The notes under the pieces were generated by a model. It saw only the letters and a program-made list of their open reading frames with translations. It searched no databases and had not been told where the DNA came from. A DNA stretch of 17,339 bases from Archangium sp. (lineage in GTDB: Bacteria; Myxococcota; Myxococcia; Myxococcales; Myxococcaceae): the NCBI GenBank assembly GCA_031367385.1, contig JANLPS010000197.1, forward strand, positions 1 to 17,339, written 5' to 3'. Position 1 is the stretch's first letter. Every line of letters begins with the position of its first letter. The position numbers and the translations under genes are program-made. Shown here piece after piece: positions 1-7,947 of this stretch.

Positions 1-708
1 CAAGGTCAGGTTCTCGTCTGAGAACCCACGCGCGGTTCGCGAATACTGCGGGCTCATCACGTCATGCGGGTCAGTCTGGTGAGGAGCGCCCAGGGTGTGC
101 CCCCACTCGTGCAGCAACAACACCGACAATTGGTGCAGCCGCCGTTGGCGAATGAACTCGGCTTTTTCGCGATCGTCGAGCGCGCGCAGCTCGGCCATGA
201 ACTGCACCATCTGCGCCCCATCGTTCCACCCGCGGAGCACGATGTGCTTCGAGAGCATCTCGCCCAACCCGACCTGATCTTGCGAAGCCTCGACCACCGG
301 CAGCGCAGAGACGAACCCCGCCACCAGGTCGACCTCGTCACCGGGCTCGAGCTTTTGAAGCGCGGTCAGTGAATCAACGAGCGGCGCGGTGCCTGCCCGG
401 TGCGCCCACGGCATGAGCCTGACCAACTCGAACCGCACGTTGAGCGCCTGTTCGGTGTACTTCGAGGCGTCGGCGATCTGTTGCCGCACCCGCGTCTCGG
501 CGTCGCGTGACTCATTGTTCGCGTCGTCGTCGATGAAGGCCAACACCCGCACCGTGCGAGCGGGGCCTTTGGGCTCGGCACGCAGGGGCACGGTCAGCGC
601 TTCGGGTGCCATGCGGGCCAACGCCGCCGCCTGCTGCGAGTGAGGCGTCTCGTGCGCACACCCACCCACCAAGGCCCACGCCAGCACCGTCATGAGTCGT
701 CGCCACAT
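1..708 (-). CDS. Metzincin zinc metalloprotease lipoprotein, reprolysin/M12B-like; 3' end runs off the window (not in the ORF track)
   Basis: Manual translation from ATG 708 (alternative ATG 720) stays open to base 1: MWRRLMTVLAWALVGGCAHE... It has a lipobox-like LVGG-C, the extended zinc motif HEWGHTLGAPH (HExxHxxGxxH) and a Met-turn DVMSP. RTVRVLAFIDD and ALNVRFELVRLMPW resemble reprolysin N-terminal strands. Confidence 0.88.
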   Translation of the reverse strand, partial: MWRRLMTVLAWALVGGCAHETPHSQQAAALARMAPEALTVPLRAEPKGPARTVRVLAFIDDDANNESRDAETRVRQQIADASKYTEQALNVRFELVRLMPWAHRAGTAPLVDSLTALQKLEPGDEVDLVAGFVSALPVVEASQDQVGLGEMLSKHIVLRGWNDGAQMVQFMAELRALDDREKAEFIRQRRLHQLSVLLLHEWGHTLGAPHQTDPHDVMSPQYSRTARGFSDENLTL

Positions 709-819
709 CGAAAGCCGCATAGCACCGCTCACGCTCGAAAAACCCGCCACGTGAATACCGCCGCCGGTGGGCCGTCAAACGCCGCGCGCCCCCCCATACC
801 GCAGCACTTTCGAGGCCTT

Positions 820-1536
820 ATGATGCGAGACCCCTGTGAACACTTTCGAAGCGAAGCCGAGGCCCTGCGACCCGACGAATTACAGCCCATCGGGTTCGAC
901 CTGGCGACGTTCAGCCGCGCCCTCGGTGCCGGCATCGCGGCGATCGAGCGCATCGAGCCCTGCGTCGGCGCTCCGAGGCTTCGGCTGCTGTGCGAAGCGC
1001 TCAACGAAGCAACGAACCGAGTCGCTGCCGCCCGACCTAAGATGGGCGCTACCCGCGAGCTGATCACGGAGGTGTACGCCGATCGCAAGGTGTTGATGGC
1101 GATGCTGCTCTCGTGGGTCAACGCAGGCCTGGTGCCCCGTGCCGAGCTGCGCCAGCGCTCAGAAGGCCCCGGGCCCGTCGACGCGGCCGATGACGTCGTC
1201 TCCATCGTGTGCATGCTGCGCTCGCACCCGGCCACGGTTGGCAGGCTGCTGCTGCAGTCGGCCGAGCTTGACGTGATGGTCGGCCGCGCAGAGGCGTTGG
1301 TCGATCTGCTCATGCCGTCGAACGGCGCTTTGCAGCTGCGTCTCGAGCGAGCCCGCGACCTGCAAACCCGGCTGTGGACCTTGCTGCTTGCCGAGCACGA
1401 GCTGTTGCGGCACCAAGGCGCGCGGCTCTTCGGCAACCGGGTCGACGAGTGGGTGCCCCCGCTTCGATCGCGCGTGCAGCGAAAGCGAACAGCGTATGGT
1501 GCGCCGCATGAAAGTTCTGACCCTGCGCCAGCCTGA
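820..1536 (+). CDS. Hypothetical protein, predicted helical
   Basis: ORF 640..1536 trimmed to ATG 820/823, which follows GAGG at 812-815. Codon use is GC3-rich and no motif was recognised. It overlaps the pyrC start by 29 nt. Confidence 0.7.
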   Translation: MMRDPCEHFRSEAEALRPDELQPIGFDLATFSRALGAGIAAIERIEPCVGAPRLRLLCEALNEATNRVAAARPKMGATRELITEVYADRKVLMAMLLSWVNAGLVPRAELRQRSEGPGPVDAADDVVSIVCMLRSHPATVGRLLLQSAELDVMVGRAEALVDLLMPSNGALQLRLERARDLQTRLWTLLLAEHELLRHQGARLFGNRVDEWVPPLRSRVQRKRTAYGAPHESSDPAPA

Positions 1537-2551
1537 TGATTGGCACCTGCACCTGCGCGACGGGGCGATGTTGCGCTCGGTACTGCCCTTCACCGCCCGG
1601 GTCTTCGGCCGCGCGATCGTAATGCCGAACCTGAAGCCTGCGGTGACGACCGTCGAGGCCGCGCTGGCATATCGCGAGCGCATTCTGGCGGCGGTGCCCG
1701 CTGGCGCTGCGTTCACTCCGCTGATGACGGCGTACCTGACCGATTCGACCGACCCGCAGGTCATCGAGCGGGGCTTTCGCGAGGGCGTCTTCACCGCCTG
1801 CAAGCTGTACCCGGCCAACGCGACCACCAATTCGGCTGCAGGCGTCAGCGATGTGAAGCACCTGCGGCCCGTGCTCGAGCGCATGCAACGGCTTGGCATG
1901 CCGCTGTTGGTGCACGGTGAGGTGACCGACAAGAACGTCGACATCTTCGATCGCGAAGCGGTCTTTCTCGAGCGGGTACTGGCGCCATTGGTCCGCGACT
2001 TTCCCTCGCTCAAGGTGGTGCTCGAGCACGTGACCACTGAAGAAGCCGTGGCGTTCGTGAAGGCGGCGGGGCCGACGGTGGCGGCGACGGTGACTCCGCA
2101 CCACCTGGTGATCAACCGCAGCGCGCTCTTCGATGGTGGGCTGCGGCCGCACTTGTACTGCTTGCCGGTGGCGAAGCGCGAGAAACACCGGGTGGCCTTG
2201 CGCAAGGCGGCCACGTCGGGGTCAGAGAAATTTTTTCTCGGCACCGATTCGGCGCCGCACCCCGTGGGCGACAAAGAGACCAGCTGCGGGTGCGCCGGCA
2301 TCTTCAATGCGCCGCATGCGCTCGAGGTGTACGCGCAAGTGTTCGAAGACGAGGGCGCGCTCGACTTGCTCGAGGGCTTCGCCAGCCTGTTCGGGCCGAA
2401 GTTCTATGGGCTGCCAGTCAACGAGGGGCGAATTGAGCTGCGACAGCGTGAGGTCGCCGTGCCGCAGCGGGTGGCGGCGGGTGACACCGTGGTCGTACCG
2501 TTTCAAGCGGGTGCGACGCTCGGGTGGTCGGTCGAACCGGCACTGCAATGA
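1508..2551 (+). CDS. pyrC: Dihydroorotase (homodimeric, E. coli-type)
   Basis: Starts [19 protein letters not shown] and contains [30 protein letters not shown] and LGTDSAPH, all hallmarks of type II DHOase. Confidence 0.97.
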   Translation: MKVLTLRQPDDWHLHLRDGAMLRSVLPFTARVFGRAIVMPNLKPAVTTVEAALAYRERILAAVPAGAAFTPLMTAYLTDSTDPQVIERGFREGVFTACKLYPANATTNSAAGVSDVKHLRPVLERMQRLGMPLLVHGEVTDKNVDIFDREAVFLERVLAPLVRDFPSLKVVLEHVTTEEAVAFVKAAGPTVAATVTPHHLVINRSALFDGGLRPHLYCLPVAKREKHRVALRKAATSGSEKFFLGTDSAPHPVGDKETSCGCAGIFNAPHALEVYAQVFEDEGALDLLEGFASLFGPKFYGLPVNEGRIELRQREVAVPQRVAAGDTVVVPFQAGATLGWSVEPALQ

Positions 2552-3042
2552 TGACCCGGGTGGCGGGGCTGGCCGATGCCGCCGCGCTCGCTCGGCTCAG
2601 CGCTCAGACCTTTCGCGAGACGTTCGGCCACCTCTACCCCCCAGAAGACCTCGAGGCATTTCTGACGCAGGCGCATTCAGTGAGCGCATGGGAGAACCTG
2701 CTGCGCGACCCGGCGATGCGCACGTGGGTGATCGACGAAGTCGGCTACGCGTTGGCGGGCCCCTGTCAGCTGCCCCACCCTGAGGTGACACCCGGCTCAG
2801 GCGAGCTGAGGCGGCTGTACGTGGTGGGCTCGCGGCAGGGCTCGGGTCTGGGCCTCGTGTTGTTCGACGAGGCGCTCAGGTGGTTGAAGGCTCAGGGCCG
2901 CGAGCCCGTCTGGGTCGGCGTGTATTCAGAGAATCACCGCGCGCTGAAGCTCTACGAGCGGAGCGGGTTCGTACCGGTGGGCGAGTACCAGTTCGTCGTA
3001 GGCCGGGTTCGCGATCGCGAGCTCATTCTGCGCCGCGCGTGA
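2548..3042 (+). CDS. GNAT family N-acetyltransferase (PaiA-like)
   Basis: [16 protein letters not shown]-terminus, ELRRLYV, acetyl-CoA motif RQGSGLG, and [21 protein letters not shown] overlap with the pyrC stop. Confidence 0.92.
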   Translation: MMTRVAGLADAAALARLSAQTFRETFGHLYPPEDLEAFLTQAHSVSAWENLLRDPAMRTWVIDEVGYALAGPCQLPHPEVTPGSGELRRLYVVGSRQGSGLGLVLFDEALRWLKAQGREPVWVGVYSENHRALKLYERSGFVPVGEYQFVVGRVRDRELILRRA

Positions 3043-3065
3043 CGGTCACCGCCGCCCGGGGGCTT

Positions 3066-4787
3066 CTAGAATACGCACTCACAGATGCATTGAAGGCATC
3101 GGTTCGGCGAGCACGTGCCGCTGCATTGCAAGTGCTCCCCGCCAGCGACGTTGCACGGCGCGTGGGTGGCACAATCGGTCGGAGTGTCACAGCTCGCGCC
3201 ATCGCTGTTCACGTCGGCCGGGCAGGCCGCAGTGCTCCCGGTACAAAACTCTTTCACGTCGCAGGCTGCGCTGGCAGCCGCGCGGCAGACCACGCTCGAG
3301 GGCCTGAAGGTGGGCGCTGGGCACGCCGCCGCCGTGCCTGAGCAATTGGCTGGCAGGTCACACAGGTCGACCGCCGCCCGGCACTGAACGGTGCTGCTGA
3401 GAAACGAGTCGGTCGGGCAATCTTTGGTGGAGCCGTCGCACTTCTCCTGCTGATCGCAGAGGTCGGAGGCGCCGCGACAGACCACCACGTTGCTCTTGAC
3501 GCCGTCGCCCGGGCAGAGGTTCGAGGTGCCGGTGCAGTACTCCGCTGCGTCGCACAGCCGGCCGGTCTCGGCAGGGCGGCACACATCGGCGCTGGTGAGC
3601 AGCGCATCGGTTGGGCACAGCGGCGAGTTGCCGGTGCAGGTGTCGGGCTTGTCGCAAGCGCCGTTCGCGGGGCGGCACACGAATGAGGTGTTCTGCAGAA
3701 TGTCTGGCGGGCAGGTCAGCGCGCCACCACAGGTCTCGCCCGGGTCACAGGGGCCAGCGCTCGCACGGCACACGGTGGCTGGAGGCGCCGCCAGGTCAGC
3801 AGGGCAGCTCGGGCCCGTGCCGGTGCACTTCTCGACCGCGTCGCAGAGACCAGTCGAAGCGCGACACACCACCGAGCTGTCGGCGAACGCATCTGTCGGG
3901 CAGACATGGCTCACCCCGTCGCATTTCTCAGTCACGTCACACCCAAGACTCGCCGCCCGGCACACCGTCGTGGTGCCCGCGACGCCGTCTGAGGGGCATG
4001 CGGGCGAGGTGCCAGAGCACTGCTCAGCGACGTCGCACGCGCCGTTCGCGGTTCGGCAGGTCTGGTTCGCTGAAGCCGCGATGTACTGGTCGTCGGGGCA
4101 CACCGAGCTCCTTCCCCCGCAGACCTCGGCGACGTCGCAGTCGCCAGCGCTCGCCCGGCACACCGTGTTCGACGCCGCACTCACGAAGCCATCAGCCGGG
4201 CAGCTGGGTGCGGTACCCGAGCAGGTCTCAGCGACGTCGCAGGCCGTCGCGGCGGGGCGGCAGGTCACGTTGCTCGCTGCAGCCACGAAGGTGTCGTCGG
4301 GGCACAGCGGTGAGCTGCCCGTACACGTCTCGGGCACGTCGCAGGTGCCTGCGATGGTGCGGCAGGTCACCGTCGAGTCGGCCAAGCGATCGTCCGGGCA
4401 CAGGCCGGCGCCGGTGCAGATCTCCGCGAGGTCGCACGCGCCTCGACTGGCGCGGCATTCGGCGCCGGGGGTGCACGCCCCGGGCTCACCCGCGTCGCCC
4501 TCGCCGGTGCCAGCGTCGGGCCCCACGACCGCGCCGCCATCAGCGAGCATCGACCGCCCTGCATCGATTGCGCGACCCGCATCGACCGGGCCAGAAGACC
4601 CGGCGTCAACACGCGCTCCGCCGTCTGCCAGCAGCTCGGGCTCGACGCAGAGGCCAGTCTTGGCATCGCACAAAAACGGAGCCGGACACCCGTCAGCGCA
4701 GCGCCGAAGGCCAGCGCCACACGTCAGGCTCAGCAGCGCAACAACACCCAGCCCCGCCGCCCCAACCCACAGCCCCCATGCGCGCAT
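3066..4787 (-). CDS. Secreted or lipid-anchored Cys-rich protein with 13 tandem disintegrin-like repeats
   Basis: Hydrophobic signal ending LSLT-C, a small Cys module, a DAG/DGG linker, then 13 copies of C-R-x5-7-C-D-xx-(E)-x-C-x-G-x3-4-C-P-x-(D). Start is ATG 4787, alternatively 4799. Confidence 0.88.
   Translation of the reverse strand: MRAWGLWVGAAGLGVVALLSLTCGAGLRRCADGCPAPFLCDAKTGLCVEPELLADGGARVDAGSSGPVDAGRAIDAGRSMLADGGAVVGPDAGTGEGDAGEPGACTPGAECRASRGACDLAEICTGAGLCPDDRLADSTVTCRTIAGTCDVPETCTGSSPLCPDDTFVAAASNVTCRPAATACDVAETCSGTAPSCPADGFVSAASNTVCRASAGDCDVAEVCGGRSSVCPDDQYIAASANQTCRTANGACDVAEQCSGTSPACPSDGVAGTTTVCRAASLGCDVTEKCDGVSHVCPTDAFADSSVVCRASTGLCDAVEKCTGTGPSCPADLAAPPATVCRASAGPCDPGETCGGALTCPPDILQNTSFVCRPANGACDKPDTCTGNSPLCPTDALLTSADVCRPAETGRLCDAAEYCTGTSNLCPGDGVKSNVVVCRGASDLCDQQEKCDGSTKDCPTDSFLSSTVQCRAAVDLCDLPANCSGTAAACPAPTFRPSSVVCRAAASAACDVKEFCTGSTAACPADVNSDGASCDTPTDCATHAPCNVAGGEHLQCSGTCSPNRCLQCICECVF
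3213..4457 (-). repeat. 13 coding repeats of about 31-34 aa each (disintegrin-like four-Cys unit)
   Basis: Examples: CRASAGDCDVAEVCGGRSSVCPDD and CRPAATACDVAETCSGTAPSCPAD. The units are diverged at DNA level. Confidence 0.9.
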
Positions 4788-4905
4788 GAGACGGCCCATA
4801 GACGAAAAGCCGTTCGCTGACCACCGAGGGGCACGGTCTGCAAGTGCCCAGTTTCACTTAAAAATCTCAGGCCCTGGGGCTCGCGGGAGGGTAGAGCGTC
4901 GAGAC

Positions 4906-5466
4906 ATGGGTTGGTCCTTGTCATGGGTCGCCGTTCGGGGTGCCTCCGCATCGCAAATCTCCGCGGCGTTGGGGCTGACAGCCAGCACGAACCGGTGCGA
5001 AGTCGCTGAAGCGCCCTTCTGCGGTGCCCAACTCGCGAGTGACTGGTACGTCGTCGTGGCAGACCACGATTTTCGGTTCCTGCACGACCCCACCACGCTG
5101 CGGACCCTCGCATCATTGGGCAGCGATGCCGTTTCGTGTGCCATCGAAGATCACGCGATGGTCAGCGAAGCAACGGCGTGGCACGCAGGCTCCCGGGTGT
5201 GGACGGTGTCTCATGACGGCTCGAATGGCGGTCGTGAGGTCACGTCAGGTGATTCGGCATCGTCGTATTGCGCGAGGGCCTGGGCCAGAAGCGGCTCGAA
5301 CGAGGCCGGCGGCGCTCCTTCGGAGCTCGACTTCGCGTTCGAAGTGCCCATCGCGCTCGCCGAGGCGCTGACCGACTTCCGCCACGATTCGAGCGACCTT
5401 CAATTCACCGTTCTCGACCCAATCAAGGCTGCGCCCCTGAAAAAGCCATGGTGGCGGCTCTTTTGA
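4906..5466 (+). CDS. Hypothetical protein (186 aa) with C-terminal KKPWWRLF amphipathic tail
   Basis: Real 3' part of ORF 3490..5466, starting MGWSLSWVAVRG. It looks globular and ends in a basic/aromatic PWW motif. Confidence 0.8.
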   Translation: MGWSLSWVAVRGASASQISAALGLTASTNRCEVAEAPFCGAQLASDWYVVVADHDFRFLHDPTTLRTLASLGSDAVSCAIEDHAMVSEATAWHAGSRVWTVSHDGSNGGREVTSGDSASSYCARAWARSGSNEAGGAPSELDFAFEVPIALAEALTDFRHDSSDLQFTVLDPIKAAPLKKPWWRLF

Positions 5467-5480
5467 GCCACGACGACGCT

Positions 5481-6845
5481 CTAGAACCGCTCGATCTGAA
5501 AATCATCATCGGCCGAGGGCTTCGCTGGCGCCGCCGGAGCCGCAGCCGGCGCGGGGGCCGCGGGTTTGCCAGGTGCAGGTGCGGTGCCAGGCATCGTCGT
5601 CGCCCGCGCGACCGCCGGAGTCGGCGCCGACGGCGTGCGAACGTTCATCGGCGGTGACGACGAAGGTGGCGAGCTCGCCTGCGAATTCATCTGCTTCACG
5701 TACTCCGCAGACCCCGGGGCCGCGCGCTTCTCGTCTGCCTTGTTGTCGAAGTCGTCCCACTTGGAGTCTGAGGTCGACGACACACCCTGGTACCGCAGCG
5801 CGAAGTCGTCGGGGTTCGAGGCCTGCCGCAGCGCCTCTTGGTACGTCACCATCTGGTTGCGCACCAACATCATCAGCGACTGGTCGAAGGTCTGCATTCC
5901 GTAGGCGACATGACCTTGCGCGATCGCGTCGGGTATCTCCTTGGTGCGATCTTTGTCTTCGATCAGCTCCTTGATGCGTGCGGTGGTCTTCATGATCTCG
6001 ACCGCCGCCACGCGCCCCTTGCCGTCGGCCTTGGGCACCAGGCGCTGCGAGACCACCGCCCTCAACACCGACGCCAGCTGAATGCGCACCTGCTTCTGCT
6101 GATGGGGAGGAAACGCCGAGATGATGCGGTTGATCGTCTCGGCCGCGTCGAGCGTGTGCAGCGTCGACATCACCAAGTGGCCCGTCTCGGCCGCCAGCAT
6201 CGCGGTCTCGATGGTCTCCATGTCGCGCATTTCACCGACCAGAATCACGTCGGGGTCTTGTCGCAGCGCGCTCTTCACTGCCTGGCCGAACGACATCGTG
6301 TCGACGCCTACCTCGCGCTGATTGACGATCGACCGCTTGTCGCGAATCAAAAACTCAATCGGGTCTTCGATGGTGATGACGTGGTTCGTCTCGTTCGCGT
6401 TGATGTGATCGATCATCGCCGCCAGCGTGGTCGACTTGCCCGAACCCGTGGTGCCGGTCACCAAAATCAACCCGCGCTCTTCGAGCGAGATCTTCTCGAG
6501 CGCCACCGGCAACGCGAGCTCTTTAATCGACATGATCTTGAAGGGGATCACGCGCAGCACGGCGCCAATCGTGCCGCGCTGCTGAAACACGTTCACACGA
6601 AACCGCCCCAGGCCGGGCACGCCGTAGGCCAGGTCGACCTCGTTGGCGGTCTTGAACTTCTCTTTCTGAAACTCGTTCATGATGCCGAACGCCATGCGGG
6701 CCACTTCTTCGGGGGGCAACCGCTTGCCGTCTTTGAGCGGCACCAGCGAGCCATCGACCCGAAACATCGGCGGCAGGCCCGCCTTCAAGTGAATGTCTGA
6801 CGCCCCGCCACGCAAGGCGATCTGCAGAATCTCGTTGAGCTCCAT
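5481..6845 (-). CDS. pilT: PilT/PilU family type IV pilus retraction ATPase (paralog outside a pil cluster) with Pro/Ala-rich C-terminal tail
   Basis: ASDIHL, RFRVNVF, Walker A GTTGSGKSTT, TIEDPIE, ALRQDPDVILVGEMRD, AAETGHLVMSTLHT and GMQTFDQ. Start ATG 6845 (MELNEIL). Confidence 0.95.
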   Translation of the reverse strand: MELNEILQIALRGGASDIHLKAGLPPMFRVDGSLVPLKDGKRLPPEEVARMAFGIMNEFQKEKFKTANEVDLAYGVPGLGRFRVNVFQQRGTIGAVLRVIPFKIMSIKELALPVALEKISLEERGLILVTGTTGSGKSTTLAAMIDHINANETNHVITIEDPIEFLIRDKRSIVNQREVGVDTMSFGQAVKSALRQDPDVILVGEMRDMETIETAMLAAETGHLVMSTLHTLDAAETINRIISAFPPHQQKQVRIQLASVLRAVVSQRLVPKADGKGRVAAVEIMKTTARIKELIEDKDRTKEIPDAIAQGHVAYGMQTFDQSLMMLVRNQMVTYQEALRQASNPDDFALRYQGVSSTSDSKWDDFDNKADEKRAAPGSAEYVKQMNSQASSPPSSSPPMNVRTPSAPTPAVARATTMPGTAPAPGKPAAPAPAAAPAAPAKPSADDDFQIERF

Positions 6846-6870
6846 GCCCAGAACCGTAGCACCCAGACGC

Positions 6871-6906
6871 AGAAAAGCCGTGAAACCCACAGGGGGCATC
6901 ACGGCC
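6871..6906 (-). terminator. Intrinsic terminator of rplM-rpsI
   Basis: On the minus strand GCCGTGATGCCCC-CTGT-GGGTTTCACGGC forms an imperfect hairpin followed by TTTTCT, about 30 nt after the rpsI stop. Confidence 0.75.
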
Positions 6907-6934
6907 TTCACCACCCCAAAGAAGGGATGAAAAT

Positions 6935-7336
6935 TTAGCGCTTGGAGAACTGGAAGCGCTTGCGTGCGCCCGGCTGGCCCGACTTCTTACGCTCGACCGC
7001 GCGAGCGTCTCGAGTGAGGAAACCGGCTTTCTTCAACGGAGGGCGAAACGCCGGGTCGAGGCGGCAGAGCGCCCGTGACAAGCCGTGGCGAATGGCGCCG
7101 GCCTGGCCCGACAACCCACCCCCGCGCACATTGACCGTCATGTCGACCTTGCCGGTCTGCTCGAGCACCTGCAGCGGCTGGTTGATGATCATGATCGAGG
7201 TCTCACGCCCGAAGTACTCGTCGAGCGGGCGGCCGTTCACCATGAAGGTGCCCGTGCCGGCCTTCAACCACACGCGCGCGGTCGCCTCTTTGCGGCGGCC
7301 CGTTGCGTAGAATCCATCAGTTCCTGACTTCGCCAT
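6935..7336 (-). CDS. rpsI: 30S ribosomal protein S9
   Basis: [31 protein letters not shown], and [12 protein letters not shown]...RKRFQFSKR. Confidence 0.99.
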   Translation of the reverse strand: MAKSGTDGFYATGRRKEATARVWLKAGTGTFMVNGRPLDEYFGRETSIMIINQPLQVLEQTGKVDMTVNVRGGGLSGQAGAIRHGLSRALCRLDPAFRPPLKKAGFLTRDARAVERKKSGQPGARKRFQFSKR

Positions 7337-7373
7337 GGCTTTGTCGTTTCTCGCTAAAAAGATGAAAGAAGAA

Positions 7374-7844
7374 TCAGGCTGCGGAGCCCGTCGAAGAGGC
7401 CACGAACACCTTGGCGGCCGGCTTCTGCGCGCCGTGCGGGTGCTTGTCGCCCACGTACACCTTGAGCTTCGTCATCATCTGACGGCCCAGGGCGTTGCGG
7501 GGCAGCATCTTGCGAACCGCGTTGAAGAGAATTTCTTCGGGGTGGGTCTTCTGAAGCGTGTCGAAACGCACTTCTTTCAAACCACCGGGGAAACCGGCCA
7601 GCGTGTGGCGGTAGTACATCTTCTGCACAGCCTTGGTACCCGTGACGCGAACCTTCTCGGCATTCACGACGATGACGTGGTCGCCCGTGTCGATCGACGG
7701 CGTGTACATCGGCTTGTGCTTGCCCTTGAGGAGCGAAGCGATCTGGCTGGCAACTCGGCCAAGGACCAGGCCCGACACATCAACGATGTGCCAGTCGTGC
7801 TGAATCTCTTTGGCTTTGGCGCTGTAAGTTCTCTGGTGCGGCAT
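7374..7844 (-). CDS. rplM: 50S ribosomal protein L13
   Basis: WHIVD...[50 protein letters not shown] and [19 protein letters not shown] 7844 follows GAGGG. Confidence 0.99.
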   Translation of the reverse strand: MPHQRTYSAKAKEIQHDWHIVDVSGLVLGRVASQIASLLKGKHKPMYTPSIDTGDHVIVVNAEKVRVTGTKAVQKMYYRHTLAGFPGGLKEVRFDTLQKTHPEEILFNAVRKMLPRNALGRQMMTKLKVYVGDKHPHGAQKPAAKVFVASSTGSAA

Positions 7845-7897
7845 GCGACCCTCAGGTTGCCTTCGCGCCCACCTCGGGCGATCAGGAAAGGGCCGCT

Positions 7898-7926
7898 CTG
7901 CTACCTGTCCCACACTGCAGTGTCAA
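7898..7926 (-). promoter_or_regulatory. Sigma70-type promoter of rplM-rpsI
   Basis: Perfect -35 TTGACA (7926-7921), 17-nt spacer, and -10-like TAGCAG (7903-7898). Confidence 0.7.
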
Positions 7927-7947
7927 GGAGTTCACTGCGAAACTGGA

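Noticed and set aside
57..372. Track ORFs 57..341(-), 64..372(+) and neighbours
   Set aside because: Off-frame or antisense shadows of the metalloprotease gene at <1..708, which carries the clear zinc motif.
3490..4905. 658-aa plus-strand ORF read as one long protein
   Set aside because: The 5' part is the stop-free antisense of the disintegrin-repeat gene. Only 4906..5466 looks like a real protein.
5481..5510. PilT tail as a CheR/CheB-binding pentapeptide
   Set aside because: QIERF lacks the aromatic second residue of NWETF-type motifs, so it is kept only as a generic docking-tip idea.
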